DNA of 64,000 nucleotides. It comes from Alphaproteobacteria bacterium (GTDB lineage: Bacteria; Pseudomonadota; Alphaproteobacteria; Caulobacterales; Caulobacteraceae). A program made the translations under genes and the position numbers. The notes under the pieces were generated by a model. It saw only the letters and a program-made list of their open reading frames with translations. It did no database searches and had not been told where the DNA came from. This document shows, one piece after another, positions 40,078 to 48,174 of this stretch. Location of the stretch: assembly GCA_031367205.1 (NCBI GenBank), contig JANLPK010000052.1, positions 4,968 through 68,967 of the forward strand, given 5' to 3'. The first letter of the stretch is position 1, and every line of letters begins with the position of its first letter.

Positions 40078-41565
40078 TTGGCGACCCATACCAAGCCCCA
40101 AATTGAGGCTCGACGGCTATCGATGCCGACCCGTGTTTTTTACGGCTTCGGCTCCGTTGCCTTCGGAGTGAAGGACAACGGCTTCTCCTGCTTCCTGCTG
40201 ATCTTCTACAATCAGGTGATTGGGCTGCCCTCGGTTACCGTTGGCTTGGCCATCATGGTAGCATTGGTCGTCGATGCCTTTCTTGACCCGATCGTTGGCC
40301 AGATCTCCGACAACTGGCGCTCAAGGTGGGGCCGTCGTCACCCGTTCATGTATGCTGCCGCGCTGCCGGTTGCGGTGTCGTACCTGCTGCTGTGGAACCC
40401 GCCGCGTAGGTGGAGCCACGAGGCGTTGTTCTTCTATTTGATCGGGGTCGCGATCCTAATCCGGAGCTTCATCACCTTCTACGAAATCCCCTCATCGGCG
40501 CTCGCGGCTGAACTCAGCACGGACTATGATGAGAGGACCCGTTTGCTGAGCTACCGATATCTGTTCGGCTGGATCGGCGGCCTCACCATGTATTTCGCTG
40601 CGTTGCGGGTTTTCCTCACTCCAAATGCCGTTCACCCGACGGGGCAACTTAATCCTGAGGGCTATGCCCACTACGGCATCGCTGCTGCCGTGCTGATGCT
40701 CGTTGCCATCCTTGTCTCAGCCGCCGGTACCCATCGGGAAATTCCCCATTTGCGAGAGGCGCCTCGCCGCAAGGCAACCATGGCGATCTTGGTGCGTGAG
40801 ATGGTCGGCACCATGGCCCATCCGTCCTTCCTGGTGATCCTGGTCGCCAGCATTTTCAACGCGATGGCCATCGGCCTCGGCTTCGCGATCAATCTCTATT
40901 TTCAGACTTTCTTTTGGGAATTGCCGGCCGATCAGATTGCAAATTTCACCTTCTCAAGCCTAGCAGCTGCGCTGTTCGCCTTTGCAGCCGCCCCGTGGAT
41001 TTCCAAGCGGTTTGGCAAGAAGCGCGCGGCCATGACCCTGATCCTCGTCTCGCTGGTGCTTACCGTCGCGCCCATTGTACTGCGGCTTGTGGGGTTCTTC
41101 CCAGCGAATGGATCAGCCTGGGTTTTCCCGTTCTTGCTTGTCCAGAACACGATTGCCTTGGGCTTTGGAATCATCGGCCAGATCATGTTCTCGTCGATGA
41201 TCGCCGATGTGACGGAGGACTCCGAACTGCGTACCGGCCGCCGTCAGGAAGGTCTGTTCTTTGCCGCTGCCGCCTTCGTTGCCAAGGCCGTGACAGGCCT
41301 AGGAATTTTTGTTTCCGGATTGATGTTGGCCGTCGTCCACTTCCCCGAAGCCGCCAAACCGGGACAGGTGGCCCCCGAGGTGGTGCGAAATCTGGGCCTC
41401 GTCTACGTGCCGACCCTGGCGGTCCTATACGGATTAGCAGTCCTAATTCTCTCCGGATACCGCATTAGTCGGGCGAGTCACGAAGAGTCGCTGCGAAAGC
41501 TCGCGGCGGCGGCAGACCTCGTCGCCGAAGGGGAACCCGCATCGCAAATGGGCAAGTTACTATGA
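40078..41565 (+). CDS. GPH (MelB-like) MFS transporter, paralog of 28642-30117
   Basis: TTG start after RBS GGAG; DPIVGQISDNWRSRWGRRHPFMYAAALP, TGRRQEGLFF. Confidence 0.9.
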   Translation: MATHTKPQIEARRLSMPTRVFYGFGSVAFGVKDNGFSCFLLIFYNQVIGLPSVTVGLAIMVALVVDAFLDPIVGQISDNWRSRWGRRHPFMYAAALPVAVSYLLLWNPPRRWSHEALFFYLIGVAILIRSFITFYEIPSSALAAELSTDYDERTRLLSYRYLFGWIGGLTMYFAALRVFLTPNAVHPTGQLNPEGYAHYGIAAAVLMLVAILVSAAGTHREIPHLREAPRRKATMAILVREMVGTMAHPSFLVILVASIFNAMAIGLGFAINLYFQTFFWELPADQIANFTFSSLAAALFAFAAAPWISKRFGKKRAAMTLILVSLVLTVAPIVLRLVGFFPANGSAWVFPFLLVQNTIALGFGIIGQIMFSSMIADVTEDSELRTGRRQEGLFFAAAAFVAKAVTGLGIFVSGLMLAVVHFPEAAKPGQVAPEVVRNLGLVYVPTLAVLYGLAVLILSGYRISRASHEESLRKLAAAADLVAEGEPASQMGKLL

Positions 41566-41599
41566 CGTCCTAAGCCGTTGGTACGCACGCGGGTTCGCC

Positions 41600-41714
41600 C
41601 AGAGCATGTTCCGATAAGTGGGAACCGCCCATAGGACGAAAGTATGCTCTAACTCTTTGAATTAGAGCCCAGTTTCTCCCTTTAGACGTGACCGTCTAAA
41701 GGGAACGGGCTCTA
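41600..41714 (+). repeat. CIR-like repeat, full copy
   Basis: CAGAGCATGTTCCGATAAGTGGGAACCG...ATGCTCTAACTCTTTGAATTAGAGCCC...CCCTTTAGACG-TGAC-CGTCTAAAGGGAACGGGCTCTA. Confidence 0.9.
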
Positions 41715-41780
41715 GCCTGGTCTTAGGTGCAGACCGGGCGACACCGCCTGGATAACTTGAGTGGCCGCAGGAGATATTCG

Positions 41781-43340
41781 ATGTCCGTCGTTGATGTGCT
41801 GAGCCGGGAGTTCGCAACCCTGCCCGAGGTGATGACCGAGTGGGCCAGAGAGGCACCCAGCCGGCCGGCCTTGGCCGATCTCGATCAGCAGATGACCTAT
41901 GGCGAGCTCGACCGGATGATGGACCGCATCGCCGTGGCCTTACGACGTGACGGCGTTGCACCGGGCGAGGCGGTGGCTATCTGCGCCGCGAGCTGCATTG
42001 CTTACGCGGCGGCCTTTTTCGGCATCCTGCGAGCCGGTGCCGTGGTCGCGCCGCTGGCACCGTCCTCGACGCCGGAGAGTTTGGTCGGCATGATGGCCGA
42101 CTGTAAGGCTAAGGTGTTGTTCCTCGACGCGGCCGTCGGAGAGGCGCTGGCCGGTATGGCTGATAGCATTGCAGCACGACGCGTGGCCATTGACGGATCG
42201 CAAGCCGGGGAAGCCTTCGACGGATGGCTCGCGCCGCAGGGTGCTAAGCCGCCGTTAGTTGATACGCCGCCCGGCCAGGGCTTCAACATCATCTACTCAT
42301 CAGGCACCACCGGCGCACCCAAGGGCATCGTCCAGCCTCACAGCATGCGTTGGGGCCAGATGCGCTTAGGGGTCTATCCGCGCGATGCGGTGACGATGAT
42401 CTCCACGCCGCTATACTCCAACACAACCCTGGTGAGTTTCTTGCCAACCCTGACCAATGGTGGGCTGGCGGTGTTGATGGCTAAGTTTGACGCCGGACAA
42501 TTTCTGGAGCTTTCGCAGAGATATAGGGCAACACACGCCATGTTGGTGCCTGTGCAGTATCGTCGCCTGATGCGGCAGCCGGATTTCGACTCCTATGACC
42601 TCTCGAGCTACCAGGTGAAGTTTTCGACCAGCGCGCCCTTCTCTGCAGAACTGAAAGCTGATGTGCTATCGCGCTGGCCTGGTGGCTTGGTGGAATACTA
42701 CGGTATGACTGAAGGTGGTGGTTCTTGCATGCTGCTGGCGCATGAGCATCCTGATAAGCTTCACACCGTCGGCCAGCCCATCCCCGGCCACGACATACGG
42801 CTGATCGACGAGGACGGCAATTTGCTGTCACAAGGTGAAATCGGCGAAATTGTCGGGCGCTCACCCGCCATGATGGTCGGCTACCACAATCAGCCCGGCA
42901 AGACGCGCGAGGCCGAGTGGACGAGCCCGGACGGGTTGCGGTTCATCCGAACTGGGGATGTCGGCCGGTTCGACGAGGACGGCTTCCTCACCCTGATGGA
43001 CCGCAAGAAGGACATGATCATCTCCGGTGGTTTCAACATATATCCCAGCGACTTAGAGGCCGAGATCGTCCGGCATGACTCTGTGTTGGAAGCAGCGGTC
43101 GTCGGCGTGCCCTCCGACCAGTGGGGAGAAACGCCCGTCGCCTTCGTGGCCCTGAAACCCGGTCACGAAATCGTCGCTGCCACCTTGAAGGACTGGATCA
43201 ACTCCAAGCTCGGCAAGACCCAACGCCTGGCCGACCTGCGACTGATCGCGACACTTCCACGGAGCCACATAGGCAAAGTGCTCAAGAGGGAGCTGCGCGA
43301 AGGCTACACGACGACCCCAGCAGCGGAACCAAGCCTGTGA
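41781..43340 (+). CDS. Acyl-CoA synthetase (class I adenylate-forming enzyme)
   Basis: YSSGTTGAPKG, YYGMTE, TGDVG, DRKKDMIISGGFNIYP, LPRSHIGK; RBS AGGAG. Confidence 0.93.
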   Translation: MSVVDVLSREFATLPEVMTEWAREAPSRPALADLDQQMTYGELDRMMDRIAVALRRDGVAPGEAVAICAASCIAYAAAFFGILRAGAVVAPLAPSSTPESLVGMMADCKAKVLFLDAAVGEALAGMADSIAARRVAIDGSQAGEAFDGWLAPQGAKPPLVDTPPGQGFNIIYSSGTTGAPKGIVQPHSMRWGQMRLGVYPRDAVTMISTPLYSNTTLVSFLPTLTNGGLAVLMAKFDAGQFLELSQRYRATHAMLVPVQYRRLMRQPDFDSYDLSSYQVKFSTSAPFSAELKADVLSRWPGGLVEYYGMTEGGGSCMLLAHEHPDKLHTVGQPIPGHDIRLIDEDGNLLSQGEIGEIVGRSPAMMVGYHNQPGKTREAEWTSPDGLRFIRTGDVGRFDEDGFLTLMDRKKDMIISGGFNIYPSDLEAEIVRHDSVLEAAVVGVPSDQWGETPVAFVALKPGHEIVAATLKDWINSKLGKTQRLADLRLIATLPRSHIGKVLKRELREGYTTTPAAEPSL

Positions 43341-43416
43341 GCGTTTGGCTTGGCGCACGGCAGGAGGCTATGAGAGCTCCGGGGTCTAGACACCTGGACC
43401 AGAGGCTGGACGCCCA

Positions 43417-44625
43417 ATGACCCGCGACCCGAGCCCCCGCTTTCTGAGACGCCGAAATGCCATCGTGGTGTCGGCGGTGCAGGCGCTCAATCGCAAGGGC
43501 GTGCGCGGCATGACGCTCGCCGACGTCGCTTCCAGTCTTGGCATCGTGCCGACCGGGATCATCTACTATTTCAAAAACAAAGAGGCACTCGCCGCTGCAT
43601 GCTTCGAGCGCGCGATCGCGCTCTATGTCGAGCTGATTGGCGTGGGCGAAAACCATGTCACCAGCCGCGAGCGCATTGAGGCGTTTAACGCCGCCTATTT
43701 CGAATACCGCCGTTCAGAAGCCCTGGGAGGGGCCAACGAGATTGCCACCTTCAATGACGTGCGAGCGCTCAATCTCGAACCGATCAATCAAGCCTATATC
43801 GAGATGTTCCGCGCTGCGCGCCGCTTGTTCGACGGACCCGAGCCGTCCGGCCTTTCCCGCGCAGAGCGAAACGCTCGAACTCACTTGCTGCTGTCCCAAG
43901 CCTTTTGGTCGGTGGTCTGGCTGCCGCGGTTTGAGACCGAAGACTACAGCCGCGCCGCTGCGCGAGCCTCGGCGATCCTAACGGACGGGCTGGCGACGCC
44001 GGGCTTGGCCTGGGCACCCGTACAGCTCCCGCCGCTGGTCGAGGTCGGGCAGGATGTGGATTCCGGCGAGATGTTCCTGAAGGCCGCCACCCAGTTGATC
44101 AATGAGGAAGGCTATCTGGGCGCATCGGTGGAGAAAATATCTGCGCGGATCAATGTCACCAAGGGGGCCTTCTACCATCACAACGAGACCAAGGATGAGT
44201 TGGTAATAGCCTGCTTCGAGCGCACTTTTGATGTGATGCGACGGGCGATTCGCGCTGCCGAAGCGGTGTCGAGATCCGGCTATCAAACACTGTCCACCGC
44301 GGCTTCCGCCCTCATCGAGCATCAGATGTCTGGCGCAGCGCCGTTGTTGCGGACCTCGGCGCTCACCTCGGCTCCGGAATCGATACAACCGCAGCTTCTG
44401 GCCAAGTTCGACCGGATATCCGACCTTTTCGCATCGATGATCTCCGACGGTATCGCCGACGGTTCCGTGCGGCCGGTCGATGTCAATATCGCAGCTCAGA
44501 TGATCACCGCAGCGATCAACGCCGCTGCGGAACTGACCTACTGGACACCCGGCGCGTCAGCGGAACAGGCCAGCCTGTTCTATTTGAGGCCGATGTTCGA
44601 AGGGCTTCTTTCGCCTGCCGACTGA
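43417..44625 (+). CDS. Tandem double-TetR transcriptional regulator, paralog of 20321-21496
   Basis: Two HTH units (RKGVRGMTLADVA...IIYYF; LINEEGYLGASVEKISARINVTKGAFYHH). Confidence 0.9.
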   Translation: MTRDPSPRFLRRRNAIVVSAVQALNRKGVRGMTLADVASSLGIVPTGIIYYFKNKEALAAACFERAIALYVELIGVGENHVTSRERIEAFNAAYFEYRRSEALGGANEIATFNDVRALNLEPINQAYIEMFRAARRLFDGPEPSGLSRAERNARTHLLLSQAFWSVVWLPRFETEDYSRAAARASAILTDGLATPGLAWAPVQLPPLVEVGQDVDSGEMFLKAATQLINEEGYLGASVEKISARINVTKGAFYHHNETKDELVIACFERTFDVMRRAIRAAEAVSRSGYQTLSTAASALIEHQMSGAAPLLRTSALTSAPESIQPQLLAKFDRISDLFASMISDGIADGSVRPVDVNIAAQMITAAINAAAELTYWTPGASAEQASLFYLRPMFEGLLSPAD

Positions 44626-44658
44626 ACAGAGCCAAAGTCGAGATCACAACGGATACTC

Positions 44659-44768
44659 TAGAGCCTGTTCCGATAGGTGGGAACCGGCTATCGGAACAGG
44701 CTCTAACCTTTTGAATTAGAGTTCAGCTTTTCCCTTTAGACGATTCCGCCTAAAGGGAACGAGCTCTA
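44659..44768 (+). repeat. CIR-like repeat, full copy (110 bp)
   Basis: TAGAGCCTGTTCCGATAG...CTATCGGAACAGGCTCTA hairpin, linker, then TTCCCTTTAGACG-ATTC-CGCCTAAAGGGAA...GCTCTA with a GATTC (GANTC) site. Confidence 0.92.
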
Positions 44769-44845
44769 GGCGAGGAAAGCTTGGCGATTCATCGGTCAAG
44801 CCGTTGTGGCGCAAGGCGGTCGACTCGGAACCATCGCTAACGGCG

Positions 44846-47014
44846 CTACAAACACATATTCTCAATCTTACCGGCTTCGACAGCTGCCGGAGTCCAATCG
44901 AAAATGCCGCCATCGCCGAAGTAGTAGTAGGTTACACCTCCGGGCAACAACACAACGGAGATGCCGCCAAACCCTGACATGAAGGGCACCCAAATCGGCC
45001 GCGAACACCCCAACGGGCCGCTGATGTCCCGCGCCCAGAAGCCGGCTTTGTAGCGATAGGTCGGGCCGCCCGCCGGCAATCCGGGGTGGTCGGGGTCCTT
45101 CTGCATCGCGGCCAGCAGGAGGTCTTGATCAAGCATTGGCCGCCCATCGACCACGCCCCCGTCCCCGTCCCTAAGCCAACCCGCGATACGCAGGATATCG
45201 TCGCGATGGTAGGTCAACCCCCAACCTGTGAAGGGCTGGCGGGCTGCGTCGCCGGTCCGGCGCGTGCCCATGATCGTCGGGCTTAGCCGAAGCGATCTCC
45301 ACAGCGGCGCGACCAGGTCGTCGTAGAGATCACCCTCCCCTGCTTGCCGAAGCAGGTCTGACATCGCCGTACCCAGCAGGTACGAGTCGGAGGTGTGATA
45401 GACAAAAGTCGTTCCGGGCGCGGCGCGACGATGATACTGTCCGCAGGCGAATACCGCCTTTGCGGTACTATCGGCCAGATTGAAGAATGCCTGACTTCCT
45501 GGAGCGTTTTCGTCGACCTCGAAGGCGGTCGAACCGTAGACGCCGGTAGCCATATCCAGGGTGTCGGCCAGAGTCACATTGGCCCAGTCGCTGCGTTTGA
45601 CGCAGGCCGGCACATGGTCACCGATCAGCGCCATCCTGCTCCCGGGGTGAAGCGCCTCAAGCCGCATCAGACCGACGCCGCCGACAATCGATTTGGCTGT
45701 TGAATAGGATGGCAGGTCGAGGACATCACAATATGGGTTATCACCATGTCGGGTCCGGCAGGGGCTCGCATATTGAACCCCATTGACGACCAAACCAAAA
45801 GCCGTCGGTGGATCGCCATCCTTCGGTGCGCCTAGGGCAAACGCGGCTAGGTTAACGTCCGGTCGCAGCTGGACCAACTCGGTGAGGGAGCGGACAGGCA
45901 GCCGCGCGGCGACCTCGTCCCGCCATGCCCCAATGACTGCGTCACCGTCCGCTATCGCAGCCGAAGTCAGGCGCACTGGGACAGTGGCCCAGGCGTCGAA
46001 TTTCAGATAGGCGCAAGTCTCCGAGGCGACCTCCATCGCTCCTTTGGAAACCGATCCATCCGGCTTGAAGAGGAAGGTCAGAACACCGTTGTGCAAGCAG
46101 TTGGCATTATGCTCCTGCAAGGCGAACGGCACGGCTGCCCGCAGCCATCCGCGGTCACCCTCCTCGCGCCAGACCTGCCCGGGTTCGAGAACCCAATCCC
46201 AAGCAGGATGCTCACCGACGATCACGCCGCGCTGGATCGGAATCAGATCGACCCCGTCCTGCACGAACTCGAAGTCGAATGGCGGCAGAGTCACGCGGGC
46301 GGCCAATGCAGAACGGGTGTCGCCGGTCTCGTCGTGGAGCACCGTCATCGAAAGGGTCACACTGGACAAGTCCAGGGCCAATCGCATAGCAAACCGCCCT
46401 GTCGGCACGGCGGCTCCGGCTGGCGGACCGAAGGCCGCGAGACTGACCGGCGCTGTGAGCGCGGGGCCGCCGAACAGACTGTCGAAAGTCAGGTTGGATC
46501 GCGGACCGGCGACGGCGGTGGCGCGCTCACCCGTCACGGTAACCGCATCGGCCCAGCAGGCCACGCGGTTACCGCCATCGGCGCGGGCCCTGACCAGGAG
46601 TTGAGCATTATTGTCCGCGCCCGACGGGGCAAGGGTGCCGCGTTTGAGGGTGACGCCATCATCGGCACCATCATGCAGCGAGACGACCTCCTGCCAGGTT
46701 CCGCCGGCGTCGGTCGAGGTCTCGATCAGGCAAGCATCGGCCCGTCCCAATCCCATCGCTGCGAGCGATCCAGAAACCGACACCTGGACGAAGCCGCGCG
46801 TCGAGACCGACGTCGTTGCCATCGCGCCGCCCATCACGCGCAACGCGACATTGTCGCCATACGAGGTCAGGGTCACCTTGCCGGCACCGGTCGCGCCCCA
46901 ACCGTCGGCCCTGCGGTCCTGGAAGTCATCGACGAAGATCGGGTCAGCCAAGGCTACCGTATCGACGCAGAGCCACACCGCCAGCATGGTCGCAACAAGG
47001 GGGGCAACCCGCAT
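44846..47014 (-). CDS. Exported multidomain protein with C-terminal beta-lactamase-fold serine hydrolase domain
   Basis: Signal peptide; N-terminal FVDDF...GW...STDAGGTW beta-sandwich-like region; SxxK motif (YSTAK); PGTTFVYHTSD; VPFMSGFGG. Confidence 0.75.
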   Translation of the reverse strand: MRVAPLVATMLAVWLCVDTVALADPIFVDDFQDRRADGWGATGAGKVTLTSYGDNVALRVMGGAMATTSVSTRGFVQVSVSGSLAAMGLGRADACLIETSTDAGGTWQEVVSLHDGADDGVTLKRGTLAPSGADNNAQLLVRARADGGNRVACWADAVTVTGERATAVAGPRSNLTFDSLFGGPALTAPVSLAAFGPPAGAAVPTGRFAMRLALDLSSVTLSMTVLHDETGDTRSALAARVTLPPFDFEFVQDGVDLIPIQRGVIVGEHPAWDWVLEPGQVWREEGDRGWLRAAVPFALQEHNANCLHNGVLTFLFKPDGSVSKGAMEVASETCAYLKFDAWATVPVRLTSAAIADGDAVIGAWRDEVAARLPVRSLTELVQLRPDVNLAAFALGAPKDGDPPTAFGLVVNGVQYASPCRTRHGDNPYCDVLDLPSYSTAKSIVGGVGLMRLEALHPGSRMALIGDHVPACVKRSDWANVTLADTLDMATGVYGSTAFEVDENAPGSQAFFNLADSTAKAVFACGQYHRRAAPGTTFVYHTSDSYLLGTAMSDLLRQAGEGDLYDDLVAPLWRSLRLSPTIMGTRRTGDAARQPFTGWGLTYHRDDILRIAGWLRDGDGGVVDGRPMLDQDLLLAAMQKDPDHPGLPAGGPTYRYKAGFWARDISGPLGCSRPIWVPFMSGFGGISVVLLPGGVTYYYFGDGGIFDWTPAAVEAGKIENMCL

Positions 47015-47393
47015 CAGAGCAACGTGCCAGTGTCTACCGGGCTCACCCCTGTCATTTGAATTCCTCTCTTTGGGCAGGTTGAAGACACGTGTGAAAACCG
47101 GTCACAAGGGATTTGTGGCGGCGATTGCCACGTATTTTCAAGCCCACTGGCGTTTGCGGGGGTGCCCCGCTGGAACCCGCGAGATTCATCTTAGCTTGGC
47201 CGTCGCCGAACAGGTGGACGTGAGCCGACTCCGGGCCGTCGTCGCAAATGACGGGGCTCAGGCCGTGAGGGCGTCGCCACAGGGGGTGGTGTCGGAAGGT
47301 TATCAAACTCGGTTGGCGATGTCCGACCTCTATGGGAAGGCATCGGCGATTGATTGCACCGTCACTGTTCTTCTCCCTGCATAGGCCCTAAGC

Positions 47394-47816
47394 CTAGATC
47401 GCTCGCATCCTATTGTTTCGCGGATTGTGCTCCAGCTCCGCGAGACCTAGGGCCTCCATCAGCGGCGGAACATACATCCCAAAACGGCCCCGAAGGCCCT
47501 TCTTCAGCCCGTACCAACCCCCAATAGGATTGTCCGAGGCCCGTCCCCAGGCTTCGACTGTGCCGTCCTTGGCTTCCTTCTGCTCGTCGGCAGAACCTAG
47601 GTCCATCCAGTCGCCGTGCGCCTTGAGCATAGCCTGAAGGTCCTCCAGGCAGCGAGCGTCATAGAACAACACCGTCTTGCCCACCGTGCAGACCAAGACC
47701 TGTTTGCCGTCCTTCAAATCGCGATGCATCGTGAAATCGGAGCTCAGCGGTGGTGTCTTGAGTTGCCAAGGCGACTGTGGCGTTCCGTCGCCGTTCGGCG
47801 TGGACAGAGTTGCCAT
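47394..47816 (-). CDS. Conserved hypothetical protein (DUF6855-like)
   Basis: PWQLKTPP, LGSADEQK...GTVEAWGR...NP.GGWYGL.KG.RGRFGMY.PPL recalled as this family; RBS GGAGGA. Confidence 0.7.
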   Translation of the reverse strand: MATLSTPNGDGTPQSPWQLKTPPLSSDFTMHRDLKDGKQVLVCTVGKTVLFYDARCLEDLQAMLKAHGDWMDLGSADEQKEAKDGTVEAWGRASDNPIGGWYGLKKGLRGRFGMYVPPLMEALGLAELEHNPRNNRMRAI

Positions 47817-47899
47817 GGGGTTTCCTCCAGCTCAACTAAGGTGAGCTCATAACCTATAACTCGGGCGGCATGGATCACAAGAGTCCCCCAATCAGGGTC

Positions 47900-48174
47900 G
47901 GGTTTTCGGGGTTGGGCATGCCCCAGGTGATCCGCCCAGACGGGGTCTATAAGTCCCAGCAACGACTTGGCCTCTATCACTGGTACATCACGGCCCCGGT
48001 CCGTTTCCAAACCGACCTACGCGTGACCATCCAAGCGCTTGGTTGGCGCACGCACAAGGATCGACAATACCTGCCATTGCAGACGACATTGCCTCAGTGG
48101 CCTTCTGGTATCAGACCCTGCCGACGGCACAGTTTCCGGAATTGCCGGATCGCGATGATTTGGAGGTCATCTAG
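47900..48174 (+). pseudogene. C-terminal relic of a GH172/DUF2961 glycoside hydrolase
   Basis: GMPQVIRPDGVYKSQQRLGLYHW...PVRFQTDLRVTIQALGWR...YLPLQ, then a 1-nt frameshift near 48082 into DDIASVAFWYQTLPTAQFPELPDRDDLEVI-stop; no upstream body. Confidence 0.8.

Noticed and set aside
234-44768. Palindromic repeats as a CRISPR array
   Set aside because: Copies are kilobases apart, 110-116 bp long, without regular spacers, and no cas genes are present.
44846-47014. Calling the 722-aa protein a beta-lactamase resistance gene
   Set aside because: It has SxxK but lacks canonical YxN and KTG motifs and carries large extra domains; the fold is shared by many esterases and amidases.
46091-47384. Long plus-strand ORFs (322 aa, 257 aa), and similarly 59611-60630, 8514-9101 and 1525-2139
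   Set aside because: Antisense shadows of well-supported genes in GC-rich DNA, with no recognisable motifs.
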